A stretch of DNA of 64,000 nt from Lama guanicoe (Eukaryota), in contig MU053493.1 in the NCBI GenBank assembly GCA_013239625.1, positions 1,931,793 through 1,995,792 of the forward strand, given 5' to 3'. The translations under genes and the position numbers were made by a program. Shown piece by piece: positions 49,105 to 61,040 of the stretch. The stretch's first letter is position 1, and every line of letters begins with the position of its first letter. The notes beneath the pieces are model-generated. The model did no database searches. It was not told the origin of the DNA and saw only the letters and a program-made list of their open reading frames with translations.

Positions 49105-50904
49105 GGTGTGGTTGACCCCGCTTTCATTTTTCGGTTAGTTGATTTGTTTCTTGGGGGTTTTTGGAGAATAACTAGGGCCCGTTTGACTCCTAGGAAGGAA
49201 GGGCGGGTCTTCAGGAAATGAAGTTCATGAACTCAGCCTAGGAAAGGTCTCAGGTTAGAGGTTTCAGACCAGTGAGTAAAATGCTGACTCTAAGTGGACC
49301 ATGAAATAGACAAGAGGACAGGACAGTAGAGGGTTGCTTGGGGGATGTGCCACATTACAGTTTTACTTACAGCTCTTGGGAGCAGCATTGTAAGTGAGAG
49401 ACCTCTCTGGACCTATGGGAGGTTTTTTGTGGTGTGTCTGGTCTGTAGCAGGGCCATGGGACCAGTCCATTGGGAGTTCAGGAATGAGCCTGGCTCCACT
49501 GGGACCCTGGCAGGAGTGGGCCTCTCCAGGCTCAGCCCTGCAGGGAGGGCACTGTCCATGCAGCTTCATCAGCACGGGATCTGTGGGGGAGGATCACAGC
49601 CCTGTCACCCAGAGGAGGATATCAGTCCCAGAAGAGGGCTGTGACAGGGAGAGCAGCGTCCCAGCAGTGCAGACAAACCAGAGCCCCCAGCCCCACCTCG
49701 GGATGGACTGGGACAGCAGGGCAGGGTCGGGGCCCCCCATGTGGTCTGGGAGCTCACAGGGCACAGGGGTCAGGGCAGTCCTTTGGGTGCCAGCAAGGAA
49801 GCAGGGAGCAACCAGACATCTGATGCACCTGAGCCCTAGCTGTGCCCTGAACCCCCTTGGCTCCCAGAAGGCCCTATTTCTTCCACGGATTGAGCAAGCC
49901 CTGATGTCAGCAGGATGTTACTATGCTTTCCCTCCTTCCTCGGTGCACAAATCTTCCCCATCCTTAAAGCCCAGCCAGACTCTGTCCATGTCCTGTTGGA
50001 GCCACCCTCCTCCGCTCCCATGGCCTCCGAAATCCAGTGGTGTCTGTAGTCACGGAGGGGACACTCAGCCAGGAGTCCCTGGTCTGCCTGGTCCATCGCA
50101 CCTCCCAATTCCCATCAGTGTTAAGAACGGGTGGGGGTGGGGGTGCTTTTCATTTTTCTCTAATCCCTGCAGAGAAATTGAGTGATGTCACAGGATGTGA
50201 CAGTGACAGTGACAGTCGAGGGCAGGGAAGATGCGACACATTTCTGTGCCACCAGTGCCTATGGGAACCTGGCCATTAGTGTCCACATGTGGGGCCCCAG
50301 TCCTCTCACCTGTAAAGTGGGAGAGGGAACATCTGTCTCACATGGGAAAGGATAATATTCCTTAAGTTATTTATAAACAAATGTTATTTATAAATACAAA
50401 TAAATCTTACATGAGAAAGGCTGTTATAAATAATATATATACATATTTATAAATATATAAGTAACTTAGTTATAAATAAATATAATGTAGATGTAAGTAT
50501 GCTCATACTGATAATATCAATAAAACTTATTAATGTCATTGTCATCATCATAGTGCTACTGCTTGATGATTTATTGCCAAAAAGTTCTGGAACTTGACTT
50601 AATGTGTGGGCTCACCAGCATCTCGTCTGGGGTTTGGACAGTGATTCCAGTGCTGTGGGTCTGGTGTCTTTCTTCTGGATGGTACAGGGCAACAAGTAGA
50701 GGAAATAGACCTAAACTTGAAATTTTGCTCATTTTGAAGTAAGAGAAATTTTGGTTTGATGTCTCCTTTAAGAGAAGATTTATGACATGTCCTTGGGATT
50801 TTTTTTTCTCTAGTGGTAGATTGACTAATTTGCATTAATGAAATAATTTAGATTTTAGAGTTTGCATTTGACTAAGAATTTAGGGGTTTTTTTAGAAATA
50901 TAAT

Positions 50905-51545
50905 TTTGACCCTTGGACACTGTTGGTGGAAATGTAAAATGGTTTAGCTGCTAGGAAAAACAGTGAGGTATTTCCTCAAAAGATAAAAAGTAAAATTACC
51001 CTATGATCCTGTAGTTCTACTTCTGGGTATATATATATACCCAAAGAATTGAAGGCAAGGACTCTAAGAGATATTTGTACGCCCATGTTCACAACGGTAC
51101 TGTTCTCGATGGCCAAAAGGTTGGAGCAATCCAGGTGTCCATGGATAGAAGAATGGAAAAACAAAATGCAGTCTGTACAAAGGGTGGAATATTATTCAGC
51201 CTTGAAAAGGAAAGACTTCCTGACACCCGCCACAATAGTTGAACTCTGAGGACATTGTGCTCAGTGAAGTCACAAAAAGACAAATCTTGTATGATTCCAC
51301 TTCTACGAAATACCTAGAGTAAATTGACAGAGACAATTGGTGATTGCCAGGGGCCAGGGGCAGAGGGAAGAGGAAGTTAGAGTTTAATGTGGACAGAGTT
51401 TCAGTCTTATAAGATGAAAAGAGTTCTGGAGATGGGTGACAGTGATGGCTGCACAATAACGTGAAAGTATTAATGCCATTGAACTGTTGTTAACAATGGT
51501 TATTTAAGATGGCCGATGTTATGTTATAGACATCTTACCACAATT
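50905..51545 (+). mobile_element. L1MB-like 3' fragment
   Basis: ORF 51049-51249 gives DICTPMFTTVLF...EYYSALKRK (ORF2p C-terminus), followed by the 3' UTR. Confidence 0.85.
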
Positions 51546-51560
51546 AAGAATAATAATAAA

Positions 51561-51681
51561 GGAGGAGGGTATAGCTCAGTGGTAGAGTGTGTGCTTAGCA
51601 TGCACGAGGTCCTGGGTTCAATCCCCAGCACCTCCATTAAAAAAATAAATGAATAAATAAACCTAATTACCTATCCCCCAA
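51561..51681 (+). mobile_element. Young vic-1-like SINE
   Basis: Near-intact tRNA-Ala(AGC) head; perfect 15-bp TSD AAGAATAATAATAAA at 51546-51560 and 51682-51696. Confidence 0.95.
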
Positions 51682-51894
51682 AAGAATAATAATAAATAAT
51701 AACTTTTTAGAAGTATGAAAGCATATGTTATGGCAGAAAAGCTCAATTAAATTATATCTGTCTGCAACCAGATACATACCTCTAGACACATGCATTTTAC
51801 CAAATTGTATCATATTGTATCTCCAGGTGTGTATCTTGGTTTGTTTTTCTAACACCTGAAAACACCATCTTGACCTTTAACTTCCGGTTTACAG

Positions 51895-51975
51895 GTTTGC
51901 AATGGTTTGGAGCAGCCACGGAAGCAGCAGCGTTCTGATCTCAATGGACCAGTTGACAATAACAACATCCCAGAG
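51895..51975 (+). CDS. APBA2: APBA2 second coding exon (81 nt, [27 protein letters not shown])
   Basis: ttacag|GTTTGC acceptor and GAG|GTAACT donor. It joins in frame after ...WPQEQ and the peptide is recognised as APBA2. Confidence 0.95.
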
Positions 51976-52314
51976 GTAACTTTTCCAAGGATGAGGGTTC
52001 TCGCCAAGGGTCCTGACGTTGGAGCTGCCTGCCCCGTACTTTCTCTGCTCGCCTTCTGCAAGATGGTCCTGTCCCACCTGATGCCTGGGAGGGAGGGAGG
52101 AAGTCTGCTTAAGCAAAGTCTGGTGTCCCTGTTGGAGGAGGCGGTGAGGGCCACTGGCTCTGGAGGAGGAGGAGAAGGCCCTTTCCTGTGGATCCAGGCC
52201 CCCACTGTGGCGTGTTTGTGTTTTGCCTGTGGTGCGTGGGGCGGGGGGTCACCGGTGCTCCCCGATTGGACAGAAATTCACTCTATCCTGTTATCTAACA
52301 ATCATGTCCTAAAA

Positions 52315-52510
52315 CAAGGTTACTCAGCGGAGGCACCATTGACATCTGGGACCAGATCTTTCCTTGTGAAGGGCTGTCCTTTGCATCCCTGTCCTCTACC
52401 TACTAGGTGCCAGTAGCAACCCTCCTCCCCAAGTTGTGACCACCAAAGATTCTACAGATATTGCCAAGTGTCCCCTTGGAGACAAAAACCATTCAGACAG
52501 GAGAACCACT
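52315..52510. mobile_element. MER20 (hAT-Charlie)
   Basis: ggcaccattgacat...ctaggtgccagtagca...agttgtgaccaccaaa...cagatattgccaagtgtcccc...gagaaccact. Confidence 0.85.
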
Positions 52511-52720
52511 ATCCTAACTGACTACGTGATTTAAAAAAACAATCCCGTGTGTACACCACCATGATGGAGGTTATTAAAGTGAGGCCTTAAGCAGGTGATT
52601 TTCCTTTTCTGGATTACATAATCCGGATGAGATTTTTCTAACTTTGATGAAATAACTATGACCACCCATGGTGTGGTGTCCAACCGCCTTTATCTTGGTT
52701 TTAAAGATATGCCCTGGTAA

Positions 52721-52911
52721 CATTCTTTTTCTTTTCTTTCTTTTTTTTATACTTTTTTTTATTGAGTTACAGTCATTTTACAATGTTGTGTCAAATTCCA
52801 GTGCAGAGAACAGTTTTTCAGTTACACGTGAACATACATATATTCACAGTCACATTGTTTTTTGCTGTGAGCTACCACGAGATCTTGTGTATATCTTCCT
52901 GTGCTACACAG
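52721..52911 (-). mobile_element. Young L1 3' end of a distinct subfamily, in the 1.3-kb intron
   Basis: Poly-T tail; perfect TSD TATGCCCTGGTAA at 52708-52720 and 52912-52924. Confidence 0.88.
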
Positions 52912-53250
52912 TATGCCCTGGTAATTTTCATACCCCCAGTTGGAGAACTGTTGGGTGTATGGTCCCTAGTTTCTTTTTCTAGCAGTGACCTGCTAATCTG
53001 GGGGTCCCTAGGTTTTAGCTGATGGTCTTTTGTAGCCCAAATTTTCCCATGAGAATTGGTTGCATATACCCCACCCAAACATCATGGTGCCTGACAGACA
53101 ATGGTTTTCCCCATGGAGCTGATTCCTGGAAGCACCAGTCACTCATGGGGTTTAGCTTTTCACATTATGGTAATCATCTCAGCCTAGATCTTATGGGCCA
53201 ACTACTTACCTCTGTTCTCTGTGTGTGTGTGTTTTCATATTTCCTAACAG

Positions 53251-53287
53251 ACAAAGAAGGTGGCGTCATTCCCAAGCTTTGTGGCTG
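53251..53287 (+). CDS. APBA2: APBA2 third coding exon (37 nt, TKKVASFPSFVA plus the first base of the next codon)
   Basis: ttcctaacag|ACAAAG acceptor and CTG|GTAAGT donor. In frame with the previous exon; the peptide precedes the PTB domain in APBA2. Confidence 0.93.
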
Positions 53288-54080
53288 GTAAGTGACTGAA
53301 CTTTCTTTCAAGGGGCAGTTGCATTTTTATGTCAAAGCAAAGGGTACTTTTACTTTTGGTTTTCTCCTGCAAAGCTTGTTTGGAAAGCGCACCTTCAAGG
53401 TGAAGACAGTTCTATAATAAGACAAGGTGCTCGGGCATTTGATGGAACCCTTCATAAGCCCATGTCATCAGTGGGAGCGGGAGGTCCAGTTGCTCAGGGA
53501 ACAGGAGACTCCCATTTAATTACACCTTCAGTAACGGCCTCACCCATGACACTGAGGATTAAATTAATGGATTGAGATGTATCCGTATAAGCAGCTAATT
53601 ACGATCTAAGACTTTTGATTAGGGTGGATATAATTGCACCCAAATTCAGGATGTTATTTATTTTTTTAAGACTCTATTTCTTTCCACTCTCCTATCTTTT
53701 TTGAGGAGGTTAATACTGCATTCCCACATTTAATTAAAAAACCCCAGCAGATCTGTTCTGTATTACTTTGGTGTGGAATGCATGCCTGCTTGGCTGTTAT
53801 CCGAAGGGGAGTCAGGTGACCTCTGACAGCTCCTTGGGGATGTGCTCCAAGCACACAGTAAAGAGACTCTTAAATAGAGTCTTTCTCTTTACCAGGAGGC
53901 TGTTTCCTGTTCTTGCTAGTATGTTACAATAAACAGTGTGAAACTTACTAATTCTTTCAATAAGCTAGTGATTAATTTTCGTGAGTATTTATGGGAGCAA
54001 GTTCAGTTCATCTTCAAAAATAAGTAACTTTAAACCTTTTCTACTCTGGTTTTCTTTTTTTTTTAGTAAAGAATTAACAT

Positions 54081-54371
54081 CTGGGAAAGTCCAGCCCTCA
54101 AATTCCCTTTCAAGGGACTGGTTTGAACCAGGCTAACCCAGTTCAGACTGGTTAAAAATGAATTCTCTGGCTCAACCTTGTTGTGATGAGTTCAACATTA
54201 AACTGGCTCAGTATTGTTCAAATTGGATAAAAACCAGCTTTGAACTGTCAGAACCCATATCATACGATTCAAATAACCTTGACTCCATCCTGACCGATTC
54301 AAAGAGGCTCAAATGTGTTGTGCCCAGCAATTTCATGTGGTGGTAGGTACAGTTTAGCTGGATAAAACTGG
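54081..54371. promoter_or_regulatory. Cluster of 10-bp-phased CNRG-N6-CNRG (CP2/TFCP2L1/GRHL-type) motifs
   Basis: CTGG 54118, CCAG 54128, CCAG 54138 and CTGG 54148 in exact phase; further pairs at 54081/54091 and 54358/54368. Confidence 0.45.
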
Positions 54372-54598
54372 TTGTACTGCTTCGCATTAGGTCACTATGG
54401 ATCATGGAGATTCCAGTCCAACTTGCTAGTTGTGGTTTTTTCGGGACCTAATGACTGGCAGGACTCAGCATCTCGTTCACAGGGAAGATGCAGCACATCC
54501 CGGATCCGGGGTCCTTGGTCGGAAGACCAGGGTGGGGCTGTGCCTGTCACATTGTTCTGGGGATAGAGTTTCTTGTGGATTCAAGAAGTTCACTTTTC

Positions 54599-55104
54599 TT
54601 TCTTTTTTAACATTGAAATATAGTCGGTTTACAATGTTGTGTTAGTTTCTGGTGTACAACATAGTGATTCATATATATATATGTATTCATATATATATAT
54701 ATCCCTTTCCATATTCTTTTTCATTATAGGCTATTACAAGATATTGAATATAGTTCCCTGTGCTATGCAGTAGATCTTTGGTATTTATCTATTTTATTTA
54801 TAGTAGTTTGTATCTGCAAATCCCAAACTCCCAATTTAGCCCTCCCCATCCCCTTACCCCCCTGGTAACCATTAGTTTGTTTTCTATATCTGTGAGTCTG
54901 TTTCTGTTTTGTGAATGAGTTTATTTGTGTCTTTTTTCTTTTTTGAGATTCCACATATAAGTGATACCATATGGTATTTTTCTTTCTCTTTCTGGCTTGT
55001 TTTACTTAATGTGACGATCTCTAGGCCACCCATGTTGCTGCAAAAGGCATTATTTTAAAACCTTTTTTATGGCTGAGTGGTATTCCGTTGTGTATACACC
55101 ACAA
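54599..55104 (-). mobile_element. Lineage-specific L1 3' end
   Basis: Perfect TSD AAGAAGTTCACTTTTC at 54583-54598 and 55105-55120. Confidence 0.93.
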
Positions 55105-57411
55105 AAGAAGTTCACTTTTCCGCATATCTTTTCATGGTGTCCTTTGGGCAAAACTCCCTCAAGTTTGTCTGGGGGAGTGATTTGGACACTAGGCTCTGCT
55201 GGCTTCTGACTCGGCCTCACACCTGCAGGCGAGGGGAGTGGAGAGGGACACAGAAGTAGTGTCAGTGCCTAGGTGCCTTGGGTCCCACCTCTAGGTGCCA
55301 GCATTCCAGAAGACAGCCTGCTCTGTCTGAGTTCAGACTGTTCTACACCAAATGAGAACGATTCCTCCAACCAACGCAGAGTGGCTAATGCTTCTTGTAC
55401 CCAGCTCAAACCAGCGCAGACAACCTTAATTCAGACTTTCATATACAAGAGAAGCCCTTTGATCGTTGTGAAAACATAGAGGTCTGACAGCAAAAACACA
55501 TCCCTTAATAGGAGAGGATTCATTTTCAACAGCGACTTCAAGGACCAAAAATCTTACTCAGCGGCAGGAAGAGATAGTGATGAAAAACCCTAGCATGTAA
55601 TGAATGTGGGATCCATCCCCAGTTTGATACCTTTATCAGTTAGGGATGCCACCTACTGTGAGCTCACAGGGAAGCTTCTTGTTTAAAGAGGTCCAGAGGC
55701 TAGGGGCTGCTGGGTCGATGGCTCCGTGATGTCAGGTCTGAGCTCCCCCTGCCCTTGCCATCCTGCCTGAGCAGCCCGTTGTGTGCAGCGGGAGAGGGCA
55801 TGCTTCCCTGGTGAAGACACACACCCCACGTTCCAGGGAGTCCACCAAGGAGAACCTTCTGGATGTCAGAGCTGCTGGCCCCTCTCAGGCTCAGAGTCCC
55901 AGAGGCCTCGAGGGAAGAGCCCTGTGGTGACCACAGTCCATGGGAAAACGCTGGCCATCCCAGACCCTCATGGTCTGGAAGGTTGACACTGCAGGGTACC
56001 CCTGGCGGGAGGGCCTGCACAGAGCTCTCTCCCCTTTGCCAGCACAGTGAGAAACGGCAGGCAGCCCCAGGGTGTCCCCTTCCTCAGGACATGGAGGCGG
56101 CGGCAGCCTGCATCCAAGTGGGCCAGATGGTCATCGGCTTCTGAGCGAGTGTATGTGAAAGTCTCACTTTTTTATAAAATCAGAAATGTGCTCACTAAAG
56201 CCAAAGGTTGGAAGAATGGAGCCCAACAGTGGCACTTCAGCACAAAACATCAAAGGCTGATAGATCGTGTTTGGTCCCTCACACTGTTTTCCTCCTGGTC
56301 CAGCAGCTAAGGCTCTCGGAAGACATCCTGAAACACCCACGTCCCATTCACACTCTTCACTCCTGCGAGGATGCTGGTGGTCCTCAAGTCCCAGGGCCCC
56401 CTGAAAGGGTCCTTACACCCTGTCTATACCTTGTCAACTTCCCACCCCGGTGCTGGGAGATCCTGGGGGTCCCTGTCCCTGACTTACAGGCCAGGGGCTG
56501 AGCTCACCTCACACCTTCCTTCTCTTCGGGGTCCTCACTGTGGTGAAGAAGCCACTTGGCTATTTTCGTCCAGTGGGCACTTCCGATCTGAGCCTGGGTT
56601 TGCTCTTAAAATAAGCAGTTGGGGCGAACCTGTTCCAATAAGACTTTTACGTTGAAGGCAGTTCTCAGCCCATGAGAGAAGCGGGAGTCCTGAGCCCAGA
56701 ACAGTCCTGGGCAGACTGGTGACCAGTAGATCTGAGATGCTCTGGTTCAGATGACAAAAGTCAGGTAAACCTGGGAGGCCAGGAGGGAGCAGAGGATACA
56801 AAGAGTGATTCTGAAAACAAGAAAGACTTCCTTGTTACAAACGAACAAAGGAACATCTTGTCAAAATCTTGTCTCCAGTATTCCATTTGGTCAGCATGAA
56901 CAGGGCTTGGACCTATCTTAAAATAGGAACTTCCGTTCTCTAAGGTTTGGTAAGATTTCTCTGAACTGTGCTTGGTTCAAGCCAATAGCCAATAAGAATA
57001 TAAAACCTACCCTGGAAATCCCTGTAGTACCTCCTTTTCTGTCTGCACACCCCAGGCCCCTAATCCCTGTCTGCTGCGGAAGCCACTACTGAATTTCTGG
57101 TGAAGCCTTCCAGAAATTTCCTGGACATATGTAAGCCTATATAGAGACCTTTTTTCTTAAAAGAGGTATTGCACTGGCCACATGGGTCTGCACTAAGCTT
57201 TCTCATTCCTTGGTCGATCTCGGAGACAACAGCTAGAGATCCACCTAATTAAGAGAAAGCACGGGATTCAGTTACCAGGACGTGTTATGGTGCATTAACC
57301 AGTGCCCTACAGACTGATGGTTAGGTGGTTTCTGGTCAGCACCGCAGTGAGCAGCCTCAGGGACGCGTCTTTGTGTTCAGATGTGAGTTACCTGTCTATT
57401 TTCGAATTTTA

Positions 57412-58505
57412 TTTTTAATTGTTGTGTAGTTTCAGGAGTACAGCAAAGTGATTCAGTTGTATGTACACATATATGTACATTTTTTCAGATTATTTTTCAT
57501 TGTATGTTTTTCTTTCAATGGAGGCAGTGGGGATTGAACCCAGGACCTCATGCATGCTAAGCATGCACTCTACCACTGAGCTATATACCCTTCCCTCTCC
57601 ATTATATGTTATTACAAGAAATTAAATATAGCTCCCTGTGCTATACAGTAGGACCTTGTTGTTTACCTATTTTATATATATGTAGTGTATTTCTTATATA
57701 TATAAAGTAATGTGTATGTGTTAATCCCAAACTCCTAATTTATCCCTCCCTGCCCTTTCCCCTTTGGTAACCATAGTTTTATTTTCTATGTCCATGAGTC
57801 TATTTCTGGTTTGTAAATAAAATTTCTATCATTTTTTAGATTCCACATGTAAATGATATCATATGATATTTGTCTTTCTCTTTCTGGCTTATTTCACTTA
57901 GAATGACAATCTCCAGGTCCATCCATATTGCTGCAAATGGCATTATTCTATTCTTTTTTATGGCTGGGTAGTATTCCATTGTATAAATATACCACATCTT
58001 CTTTATCCAGTCCTCTGTTGATGGACTTTTAGGTTGCTTCCATGTCTTGGCTATTGTAAATAGTGCTACTGTGAACATTGGGGTACATGTATCTTTTCGA
58101 ATTAGAGTTCCCTCTGGATATATGCCTAGGAGTGGGATTGCTGGATCATAGGGTAAGTCTGTTTTTAGTCTTTTGAGGACTCTCCATACTGTTTTCCATA
58201 ACAGCTTCACCAAACTGCATTCCCACCAGCAGTGTAGGAGGGCTCCCTTTTCTCCACACCCTCTCCAGCATTTATCACTTGTGGACTTTCTAATGACGGC
58301 CATTCTGACTGATGTGAGGTGATACCTCATTGTAGTTTTGATTTGCATTTCTCTGATAATTAGCAATACTGAGCATTTTTTCATGTGCCTATTGGCTGTT
58401 TGCATGTCTTCATTGGATAATTGCTTGTTTAGGTCTTCTGCCCATTTTTGAATTGGGTTGGGTTTCTTTTATGAAGTTGTATGATCTGTTAATATATTCT
58501 GGATG
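57412..58505 (-). mobile_element. Lineage-specific L1 3' fragment with an open ORF2p C-terminal frame and a nested SINE
   Basis: ORF 57836-58405 (-), 189 aa, with CWRGC...[18 protein letters not shown] and TWKQPK. Confidence 0.95.
57509..57599 (-). mobile_element. vic-1-like SINE nested in L1
   Basis: TSD CATT(G/A)TATGTT at 57498-57508 and 57600-57610. Confidence 0.92.
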
Positions 58506-59252
58506 CTTTTCAAATTTTAATCTTGTTTTATAATTATATAAAATTCTTACAGGGTTCAAAAATCAAATATTTAAAACAGGGTATATGCAGAGATATCTGG
58601 TTTCTTCCCCTATGACCCCTTCCCCCAAATCCTTTTCTCCCACAACAGGTAAGCATTTTTAACATCGCCCGTATTTTAATTATAAGCCTATCTTCCCCTT
58701 TCTTAGGTGATGAGTTAAACACCCTTTTCTTCATCTTGCTCTTTTCACTGAATCCTAAATCCAAGAGATGATACCAAATTCCCCCCACAGGGCAGAGTGT
58801 AGAGGACTCTGTGATGCTCCAGAGACCCCGCTGTGCAGACCGGATGTCCCTGTGTGGAAACAGTTGGGCGGTTTCCAGTTTTTTTGTTTTTGTTTTTTTT
58901 GCTGTTACAAATAGCACTGCAGCAGACAGCCTCATGTCTACGCCTTTTCCTCTTTTGGCCAGATTTTTTTATTCATTCTACTTTTTCTGGGAAGGAATTC
59001 TCCCAAGCACAAGAGGCTTCTGCCCAGGACCTGTCTTGGGCAGATTTATGCACTGAATTGGGCTTGGCTTTGACCTTCCTTCCTTGACTCCCAGTTTTTG
59101 AATTGCCTCCTGCCGGTGGCCAGTGTCTGCTGCCCCACCTGGTGGATCCCGCAGACCTTTCCTCAGTGATGCCCAGACTCGCCCTGCAGATCCCGGCGTG
59201 GCCTCTCCCTAGAAGTGACACACAGGTCTGGTTTTCAGACAGCGTCTTCTCT

Positions 59253-59415
59253 CTCTCTTTTTTTTAATTAAAATTTTTTCTTTTACTTTATTTTTTAATT
59301 TTTGAGAGGTGGGTAATTAGGTTATTTATTTTTTAATGGAGGTCCTGGAGATTGAACCCAGGACTTGGTGCACGCTGAGCACATGCTCTACCACTGAGCT
59401 ATGCTCTCCCTCCTC
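59253..59415 (-). mobile_element. vic-1-like SINE
   Basis: TSD CAGC(G/A)TCTTCTCT at 59240-59252 and 59416-59428. Confidence 0.92.
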
Positions 59416-59559
59416 CAGCATCTTCTCTTTTATGTCAGTCTTACAGGACCCCTTTAACCTTCAGTGGTTTCTCACAGGCACAGCCCCAGGGCTCTAGGAC
59501 ATCGTCTGGCTCTGGGACAGGCTGGTGTGGTAGGAGAGGCATTGGAGGCAGGCAGAACC

Positions 59560-61040
59560 CATCCATGGCCCCGATGTCACACCCTAGGTCTGCCCTGATG
59601 CCCAGTTTCGTGAGTCTTATGTTCCTCCCCTCCTGCCTCCTCTCCCCACTGCAGACCCCTCCCAGGGCAGCTCTTCCACTGGTCTGGGTGTGGCCTGGAC
59701 GTGGCCTCCGTGCTCCTGCTCCCCGTCTCTCCTCCACACCCCGTCGAATCAGGGCTGCGGCTCCTCCTCTGCTCTTTGGAGCCCCAGCCAGTCCATCTAA
59801 CATCATTTCTCCCCTGTGTCTTCCACTCCCCCTCCCACTGCCTTCCAAACCCAGCGTCCGGTCCTGCATCCATCCATGTCATCACTGCCCCTTCTTCGTC
59901 TTCCCAACTGGCATTTGGGATCAGCTGCCTCCTTCCTGATCATCCCTCATGCTCCTGAAGCCCTCTGTGCAGGGTCAGTGCTCCAAGGTCACTGCCAGCT
60001 TCCTTATCCCTCTGCTTGACAAGCACCCGGGCGCCTTTCCTCCTCCCACCAGCCCAAGGTGCAGCCGGGCACACCTCCCTTAATAAGGCCCTTCCTTTCC
60101 TGGACTCCCTCCACCTTCTGTCTGTCTGCCTTTCTTGCCGTTTCTCCTTTCAACGCCTGGATGGAGAGCACTGGAGCTGGCAGAGCCCAGCCCCACCTAG
60201 CGCACCCCCCCACCCGCCTTGATGATTCTTTCCCCCATGTGGCTCCACTTGGTACCGACACGCAGTTCCCTGGGACTCCCGAGTCGCGCTGCCTTCTGAG
60301 CTTTTGGGGGTACTCTGGGCTCCTGCCACTAGACCTGCCCGGAATCCCCACCCCGAGCTCAGCCCTCTCCCAGGGCCCCTCCACAGTGAGTCGCAGCCCT
60401 CCTCTTCCTCCTCCAGTCCCCCTCCCAGTCCTGTTGCTTGAACCTCCATGGTGAGTCAGTCTGTCGCTGTCTGTCTCTTTACCATCATCCTGTTCCACAC
60501 CATCATCGTCATCATCATCATCCCTCACTTGCCAGGACCCTGCAGTTTGCCTCTCTGCAGCCTGAGTTACCTTCTAAAGGCAGAGAGGCTGGGCTCCTTC
60601 CCTGACCAATACCCTGTTAAGTGACAGTCCTGAGTGGGGCCGCAGGATGCTCACATTCCCACCGACATGTGCTCTGCAGCCTCGAGTAGTCCTAACCAGC
60701 TGCCCAACCCCAGGCAGTTTGCACTTCTTCCTGCCACCCCAGGGCCTTTGCACCTGCTCTTGCTACAGATTGGGAAGCTTGCTCCTCCTTCCCATCCACA
60801 GCTTGTTGATTTCCTTTCATTCTCCATGTATCTCGCTCAAAGGGCAGCCATCCCAGCTCCCTTCCTGCTGCATCTCATTGGGCACTGTGTGTTTCGTTCA
60901 TGCCTCTCACCATGGGCAAAGGCAAAGGCACCCTGATACCTTTATTTTGTGATGGTGGGACCTTCGGCCCATGAGCTCCCTGTCTCCTGTCACAGCATAG
61001 GTCCTCAAGTACAAGAGCTTAGAAGTGCTTTGTGCCTGAA
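59560..61040. mobile_element. Highly decayed L2 remnant
   Basis: Pyrimidine-rich L2-like text, e.g. agggcctttgcacctgct near 60741. Confidence 0.45.

Noticed and set aside
49394..50185. 263-aa ORF
   Set aside because: No recognisable domain or splice context; GC-rich intron sequence.
50360..50530. AT-rich quasi-repeat (TTATAAATA units)
   Set aside because: Low-complexity slippage next to a MIR-like fragment, with no consistent unit or structure.
51564..51636. Apparent tRNA-Ala(AGC) gene, and similar copies elsewhere
   Set aside because: Acceptor-stem mismatches, SINE-specific tail, A-rich end and TSDs show these are SINEs.
57335..57355. RE1-like GTCAGCACCGCAGTGAGC
   Set aside because: Only the left half-site matches; the right half lacks GGACAG.
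57836..58405. 189-aa ORF with a Cys/His motif as a host gene
   Set aside because: It is the C-terminus of L1 ORF2p in a 5'-truncated copy with no promoter, EN or RT.
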